NCBI GenBank assembly: GCA_964016885.1
Contig: OZ024742.1
Location: 50,530,001-50,594,000, forward strand
From: Eledone cirrhosa
Lineage: Eukaryota
Length of the DNA: 64,000 bases
Direction of reading: 5' to 3'
How positions within the stretch are numbered: position 1 is the stretch's first letter; each line of letters opens with the position of its first letter. Made by a program: the position numbers and the translations under genes. Positions 56,917 to 64,000 of the stretch are shown here, piece after piece. A model generated the notes under the pieces. That model had not been told where the DNA came from, searched no databases, and worked only from the letters and a program-made list of their open reading frames with translations.

Positions 56917-57934
56917 CCTAATACAAATGAGACTATGTAAATGTGTATATAAATTTACATTCTTAAGATATAAACATATAAACATGCCAAATAGTTACTT
57001 CTGTGTAAACTGAAAGATACGATAATCAGCTTTAACTGGTTTTTAAGACCAATTGGACATTTATCAAAAGGCAAAAAAGAAACACGTAATCAAGGGCCTT
57101 ATAAACCATTAAATTTATATGTTCAGTGACAAGGACGTATTAATTTGAATATTAATAATGAGCATGCGGGCAATTAATTTAGGATATATATCAAGTTGTG
57201 TACTAATCCGTCGAAATAAATTATGAACTGATATCTGTGCATAGTACATAGTACATATTGCAACGTAAATTAGCGCCCACATTAATATACAATGTAATTA
57301 TCTACCAACACGTGCGCTGATAATAAGCACATTAGTATTTCCAATTCAGTACAATACTACGATTTTTAGAATAATTGAGTCTCTCGACTACATATTCACT
57401 TATGGTTGTTTAGATCATATACATGCCTTTTGAAGGAAGCTGTAAAAGCTTTCACGTACCGATGGCTTCCCTAATATTCAAACTGTTGCCTAAGATTTTA
57501 GAATAAGACCGTGACATGTCAAAAAGCATGTAACGTACTGGCTTACGTAACTTAATTAAAGTGATCGATGGAAAAATAATGATTTTGGATCACTGCATGA
57601 TGAGAGTATGAAACCTCTCTGATTTAACTAACTTAACATTAATTTTATTAATATTTTATATACGAAACTGTCTAAAAATTATAATTTTGCTTTGGTTATT
57701 ATCCTACTCACAGCAATACATGATTTTGCAATTTAATATTTCATTTTTCTTTATTTCTACTTCGGGATATAAAAGGTAGTGCAAGACTAATGCGGGCAGG
57801 ATAGAAATCAAAACAATTTTAGATTCTGTCCAATATTAAAAATAAAATCTCGCAACGAATGCAGAAATGTTATCATTCATTAGATTCACCTAGGTTTGTA
57901 GGTTGATTTAGACGGCATACAATATATAACCTAC

Positions 57935-58121
57935 CATAGAAATGGAAATATATTATGTTTCAATTTTTTCACAACAGAATTGGATTGAAGTGTAAATGTT
58001 ACATCCACACCAGAATCGTCTTCATGACAAAATACTTCTACAGCTTGTATACAAATATAAACTTCGTGTCCTGAAATTCTTAGTCGAATTTCAGTTGCCT
58101 CAATAATACAGTTGACTAGAC
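57935..58121 (-). CDS. Candidate internal exon of an unidentified host gene
   Basis: Minus strand ..ATAATGTAG|GTCTAGTC..TTTCTATG|GTAGGT; open frame GLVNCIIEATEIRLRISGHEVYICIQAVEVFCHEDDSGVDVTFTLQSNSVVKKLKHNIFPFLW in non-repetitive DNA. Polypyrimidine tract is weak and no homologue is recognised. Confidence 0.35.
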
Positions 58122-59579
58122 CTACATTATAACTTAGAACCCAAAATATCAATTCACAACTGGAGATAATCCACCCATATAGTATGACATATGCAATTTT
58201 TACCTTTAAATGAAAACTTAAGTGCAACAAGGCACACATTCTGCATTCATGCGCCTAGATGACCAGTCAGACGTATCAACCATTCTTATATATTAAATAA
58301 GAGACGGACTTATGGTATTTAAAACCACATATCTCTAAATACAAGGGATATTCATGACTGGAATACCATTGCATGCATCATTAAACCACATCGAATGAAT
58401 TGGGGATAAAGAAACGCTAATGTCTAAGATGGATCGGTGTATTTCTGTTTAGGCATTTGCTGTTTATAGTTCTGTGCATCTGTTATCTTTTCCCATTTCT
58501 TCATAATAATTCTGGATTGTGTGATTATCCCTAACATTTTATCCGATTTTATATCTTAATCTTACATTAGACTTCATATCTAGATCCTATGTGATACAAA
58601 TCCAGTTTCTGCTGATTTACATTTTGTGATGAAGCAAGCTGTTTATTTAGATAAATTTCTGTTTTAGAAACAAATCAGTAGATCTTGATATCAATACGTT
58701 TACAAGCAATAACTCGGTAAGATAATAATTTACAGGAATGGATGGAAATGGAGTGGGATCTTCTGAAATAATAATAGAATAATGATGATGTTCTTTTATT
58801 AAAGCTTTTATAATAAGCTGGGAAATTACATTGAGGATGACAGAAGATCACAGAAAACCTAAATTACGAAGAAAAAACAAGATAGAAAATCGTTTAAAAT
58901 TAATCAGCTAAATAAACAATTTAATGAATCCTCAAAGCTAAAGGATCTGAAGGATTCCAAGAGTTTATTATGCACATCAAAACATTGGATTTAATGAGAA
59001 CTTCCTTATGGTATTGGATGTTGGCTTAATAGAGTAGATTGTGCATGGTTAAACTGATTTCACGACATGTTACAATAATCCAATGCAGGAGAATAATGTA
59101 ATTATTTTGTTAAAAAAAAAAAGAAAGATTTATTGTGACTTTGACAATAATGATGGTTACGTTGAGGATTTCTCGTTCAATGGCGTTTCTGACAAGCTTC
59201 AATTACAGTTTGAAAGCTGAACAACAATCTAGTAGCATACTGCTCTCGGCTAGGCTGCCTAATCGCAATCATGAACTTTGTTATTAAATGTTGATTAGAA
59301 CTCGTACAAAGTTAAACTCTTCGAACGCTATTAATAGTTCTTTTGTGGAATCCATTCAATGCACGATTAAGTAGTTCTCATTTTTTATGAGAATAGCAAA
59401 TGATATTATTGTGATTAATATATTCATGCAAATAATTAACAAAGGAATAAAGATCATTATTCTTATTATGGTTAATGTTTGTAAATATCAGATACCTAGA
59501 TGTTAAACCATCTCGATATTTCAGTTAGGGAGCAGTCAACACATGAACGATGGTCCCCCGCTTTACCCTCTCACGTCTC

Positions 59580-60800
59580 CTACTTCACAATCCTTGCTCT
59601 ACCAAGAAATGCTTTCTTCTGCATGACCTGTAAACTTTGATCAATTCCGTTTCTATTTGCACATCCCTCAAACCTCTACGATATGCTTCCATCACTACTT
59701 GAATAACTAAAATCTTCTTCATCCCCCACGGCTTTCTAACCTCCTGCGTCTCCATCGTTTCATGCAATTTATCCTACGCTCTATCTCCCAGGACATATAT
59801 ATCGATCATTTCGGTCTCTTCTCTCTTCATGTTCATAACTAAAATGTCTGGCCTATGTGCCTCGATCATTCTATCTCATTGAAGAGTGAAGTCCCACAAA
59901 AGCTTAAATACTTCATTCCCTAGCACCACTTCTGTTATCTGTTTATGTCATTTGGTTGCACACACAAATCCAGATATCTTCGATATCATCCAATGAATTA
60001 TATCTGGCAACGTTATCATGTCGTCTTTGTACTCACGCTATGGCAACTTAATATATTCGTTTAGAATATGACTGACCTTTTCTCCTTTCCTCCCATATAT
60101 TCTACATAATGGTGATTTTATCGTTTTGTCAATGTTATGTTAAATGTAGTTAATTCGAAGAGCCTGCTCCTGGTCTTGCACAGCAGATCTTCAGTACATC
60201 CTTTCATGACCAGATGTTTTTTTCCAAATTAATGCCTACTTTATTCCTAGTGTACATTTCATTCATAGGTTTATCATTCCATTCATTTTCACATTATTTT
60301 ACACTCTCCTTTTTCATTTATTAGCTTCAACTACATAAGCAAATTTCAATGTCTCGAGGTCTCTTAATTTTGACATGGTGTTCCTCCCTACATTTTAAAG
60401 GTAAACAGCTAGGTTGTTTCCTTCGCTTTTCACACAATTTTCACGACCTCTTCTTCTACCTCCTTAGTTTTTTCCAACATAAATTTTTGTGACATCACTC
60501 TTTGGATTGGGATCCTTATGCATTGTCATCAATTTCCTAGTTTTCTTATCAGTATTTTCCAATTCATCTTTCCCCATTTAATAACTCCTTTCACATTGTG
60601 CATGAGAAACTTAGCCCATGTATTCTGTGTTTTGATCTTATTCTTTCCACTCAAAATATCTGATATTACAAATCTCTCCCGCCGGAGCAATTCGTTTTTG
60701 AACATCTTCATTTCTTTCTATTTGATATTATCCAACTAAAAGATTCGCGAAACCTGTATCCTACTTCTTCCATTTCTTTAATAGCTTGTTCATGTTGTCG
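59580..60800 (-). mobile_element. Degenerate R4/Dong-like LINE 3' fragment with restriction-like endonuclease
   Basis: Minus translations LMTMHKDPNPKSDVTKIY..GGR (~60450-60530), RHDNVAR (~60005-60025), KLLWDFTLQ*DRMIEAHRPDILV (~59835-59910). Confidence 0.8.
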
Positions 60801-61523
60801 GGCATGATGGATTGAAACTGTTAAAAAGGAGGTTAATGAAAAATCACACCAACAACCTGTTGTGAAGTACCGCAGTTGCCGACAAAGGGTACAATGTTTC
60901 TAATAACGAAAGACCAAGCCAAGTCAAACGACGTTACCAAGAATGCGGATCTATGTGGAATGCCTTTTGGTAATCTATCCGACCCTTGGCAAGATCAGAA
61001 TAACTTTTCTTGCACTTCTTTATTATCATCTTGTCAATAAATAATTGTCGTTTTGTACCACGGGACGCCCTTCAGCGTCCTTTGAAGAGGAGAGGAGTGC
61101 CCTTCCCGGGTACACTCGAAGCGTTGGTTGGTTCGGGAATGGTGGCGTACCTGAGTCAACACTGCGTGGTTAAATGTCCTATTGGGTAATTTTCATTGTC
61201 GTATTTCTCTTGTTTATTGCAATAGTTTTCCTATTTTATACTCAATGTTTGTTTAAAAGAGCCGCTGTCTCCGTCTATTGTATTGTCCACTGTTTGTCGG
61301 TACAATACCAACAAGCACACATAACGTCACACTAGTGACCAGATATAGAATACAAATACACAGAGGCTCAGATGCGAACACACAAAAACACACCAAACAC
61401 AAACGCATCCGCAAACAGAGACAATGATAACTGGATAATAGAATAAGTAAACGTTACAATACAATGGGAGGAAAAATAATAGCATCATTGATGATCTCAC
61501 ATGTGTATGATGAAGGAACTTTG

Positions 61524-61588
<65 letters not shown>

Positions 61589-61717
61589 TAGAAAGTGAGG
61601 TGTTTTACAAAATGAAAAATAACCGAGGTACCCTATACGAGTGAAAGTATAAAGAAAAAAAGATGAAATCGAAAATGCAACTGGAGTCTTATTTAAAAAA
61701 AAAAATATATATATATA

Positions 61718-63983
61718 AATTAATAAAAACAATGAATAAAAACAAAGAACAAGTTCCTTATATTAAAAAAATCATCATTTTACGATCGTTTCTAGGATAT
61801 ATATGTGTGTTGGTATGTATATCATATAGATCTATGTAAAAATATTACAAACTATCAGAGGAAATATACATACCTTCCATTATATATGCTGTCTTCAGAA
61901 ACAATGAGATTTGTTTATTGAAAAAAAACAATAAATATTTAATATAATAGGTCTGTTTGGGAACAGGTTTTGAATTGACCAATAGAAAAGTAGTAAGAGG
62001 TCAAGTTGATAGAATAGTTGTAGTAGAAATTTAATTTAGGGGTAGAGGAATGCAGACTTATGTTTTGAATGGAAAGAATACTTTGAATGAAAATAATACT
62101 TTGGGGATGAATAGAGGTCAAGCCGGTGAACGGTAGACGAAAATTTGATGTTATTAAATAATAATGTTAATGTTAAAACCGAAGGAGATTAAACATTTAG
62201 GGTAAAGGTATTGGTGAGAAATACCAATCTTATTTAAAACACAAGGAATTTAGATGTATAACAAGAAATTAAATTAATTCATAGGTATACTTATAGGGAT
62301 AAATTTGTATTAATTCATATGGATGTGATAAATAAGAATTAGATGTTATTGAATAATGTTGTTAAAAACGAAGGAAAATAAAATTTTGGGATAAGTGTAG
62401 TAGTGAGAAATTCCAATCTTATATAGACTACAAGGAATCTAAATTCATAACAGAAAATTAAATTAATTTATATGTATACCTTTAGGTATTAATTTTAGGA
62501 AAAGAGAGCTGTAAGAGGGAAATAAAATTATGAAGTAAACAAAACCCGCGATATACCACCAACACATCAAACCAACCATAATAAACCGCTACAAACCACC
62601 ATCTCCTTCACATATAACAAGTCAAGTAAATTCCACACCAAATTTGACTAACTCCCCTGATATAATATTCACGAATGGTTGTAACTGTAGAAACAAGAGA
62701 AATTGCCCATTAACAGGAAATTGTCTTATTAATAACATAGTATATAAATGTAAAATTAGCACTAAGGACTCAATTTATTCCTTTATAGGAGCTACGTCTA
62801 ACCATTTAAAGTAAGATTTAATACCAACAAACATAGTTTTTAAAATGCCGCATTAGCTAATACAACATTCTTGGCTGAAACAATTAATAATTATAGAAAA
62901 AAGATTATCCATTACAACCTGACCTGGAGTGTGCTCAAAAGGGCCACCCCTTATCTAAATAACAGATATGAGTTTAGATTATGCTCCCAGGAACTTTTTG
63001 AAATAATGAAATCTTAGGATATCCTATTAAATAAGCGACACAAATTAATTATATATTGCAATCATAGAATTAGAAGAACTTTCAAATATTATAAACCTAA
63101 TTAATATACACCTTACACTTATATTTTACATATTATTATAATTAGTTTTTTTAATATAGTTAACCTATAATTAGTACTTTACTACAGAGAACATCATAAT
63201 TTTATTTCCCTCTTACACCTCTCTTTTCCTAAATTAATACCTAAAAGTATACATATAAATTAATTTAATTTCCTGTTATGAATTTAGATTCCTTGTAGTC
63301 TATATAAGATTGGAATTTCTCACTACTACACTTATCCCAAAATGTTATTTTCCTTCGTTTTTAACAGCATTCTTTAATAACATCTAATTCTTATTTATCA
63401 CATCCATATGAATTAATATAAATTTATCGCTATAAATTAATTTAATTTCTTTTTATAGATCTAAATTCCTTGTGTTTTAAATAAGATTGGTATTTACCCT
63501 AAAATTCTACTCTCCTTCGGTTTTAACATTAACATTATTCTTTAATAACATCACATTGTCGTGTACCCTTCACCAGCTAGACTCTTTTCATCCCCAACGT
63601 ATTCTTTTCATTCAAAATATTCTTCCCATTCAAAACATAAGTCTTCATTCCTCTACCCTTAAATTAAATTTCTGCTACTACTATTCTATCAACTTGACCT
63701 CTTACTACTTTTCTATTGGTCAATTCAAAACCTGTTCCCAAACAGACCTATTATATTAAATCTCTGTTGTTTTATTTTCAATAAACACAGCTCATTATTT
63801 CTGAAGACAGCATATATATGTGAAGGTATATACATTTCCTCTGATAGTTTGTAATAGTTTTACATAGATCTATATGATATACATACCAACACACAAATAT
63901 ATTCTAGAAACGATCGTAAAATGATGAATTTTTTAATATAAGGAACTTGTTCTTTGTTTTAATTCATTGTTTTTATTAATTTA
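61718..63983 (+). mobile_element. PLE 3' fragment (GIY-YIG remnant ~62560-63100) bracketed by ~800 bp inverted 3' UTR/pLTR arms
   Basis: CNCRNKRNCPLTGNCLINNIVYKC..FIGATS at ~62680-62800; 61718-62535 mirrors ~63195-63983. Confidence 0.88.
63793..63926 (+). ncRNA. Type I hammerhead with ~100 nt stem II region (mirror at 61773-61906 on minus)
   Basis: Stem I CATTATTT/AAATGATG; CTGAAGA 63801-63807; GAAA 63907-63910; palindromic stem III ACGATCGT; GUA cleavage triplet. Confidence 0.82.
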
Positions 63984-64000
63984 TGTTGACTCTGTTTCCT

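Overview
AT-rich, microsatellite-dense animal genomic DNA with no intact gene and at most one plausible host exon (57935-58121, minus strand). The SINE types and (TA)n/(CA)n density resemble octopus/cephalopod DNA (inference, not tested). The window is dominated by degenerate retroelements: at least seven Penelope-like element (PLE) copies or fragments (RT and/or C-terminal GIY-YIG), plus Tx1/L1-, RTE-, CR1/L2- and R4-like LINE relics and tRNA-derived SINEs. The main unexplained structure is about 15 type I hammerhead ribozyme (HHR) motifs (CTGANGA...GAAA, usually palindromic stem III, often followed by AATAAA) from about 7-8 unrelated families. Most lie as outward-pointing inverted pairs in fold-back elements next to (TA)n tracts. 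Several are small non-coding palindromes (706-956, 14083-14237, 18988-19553, 50313-51123), and three families have unusually long stem II insertions. All pairings were read by eye; boundaries are approximate. Most ORF-track entries are microsatellite artefacts.
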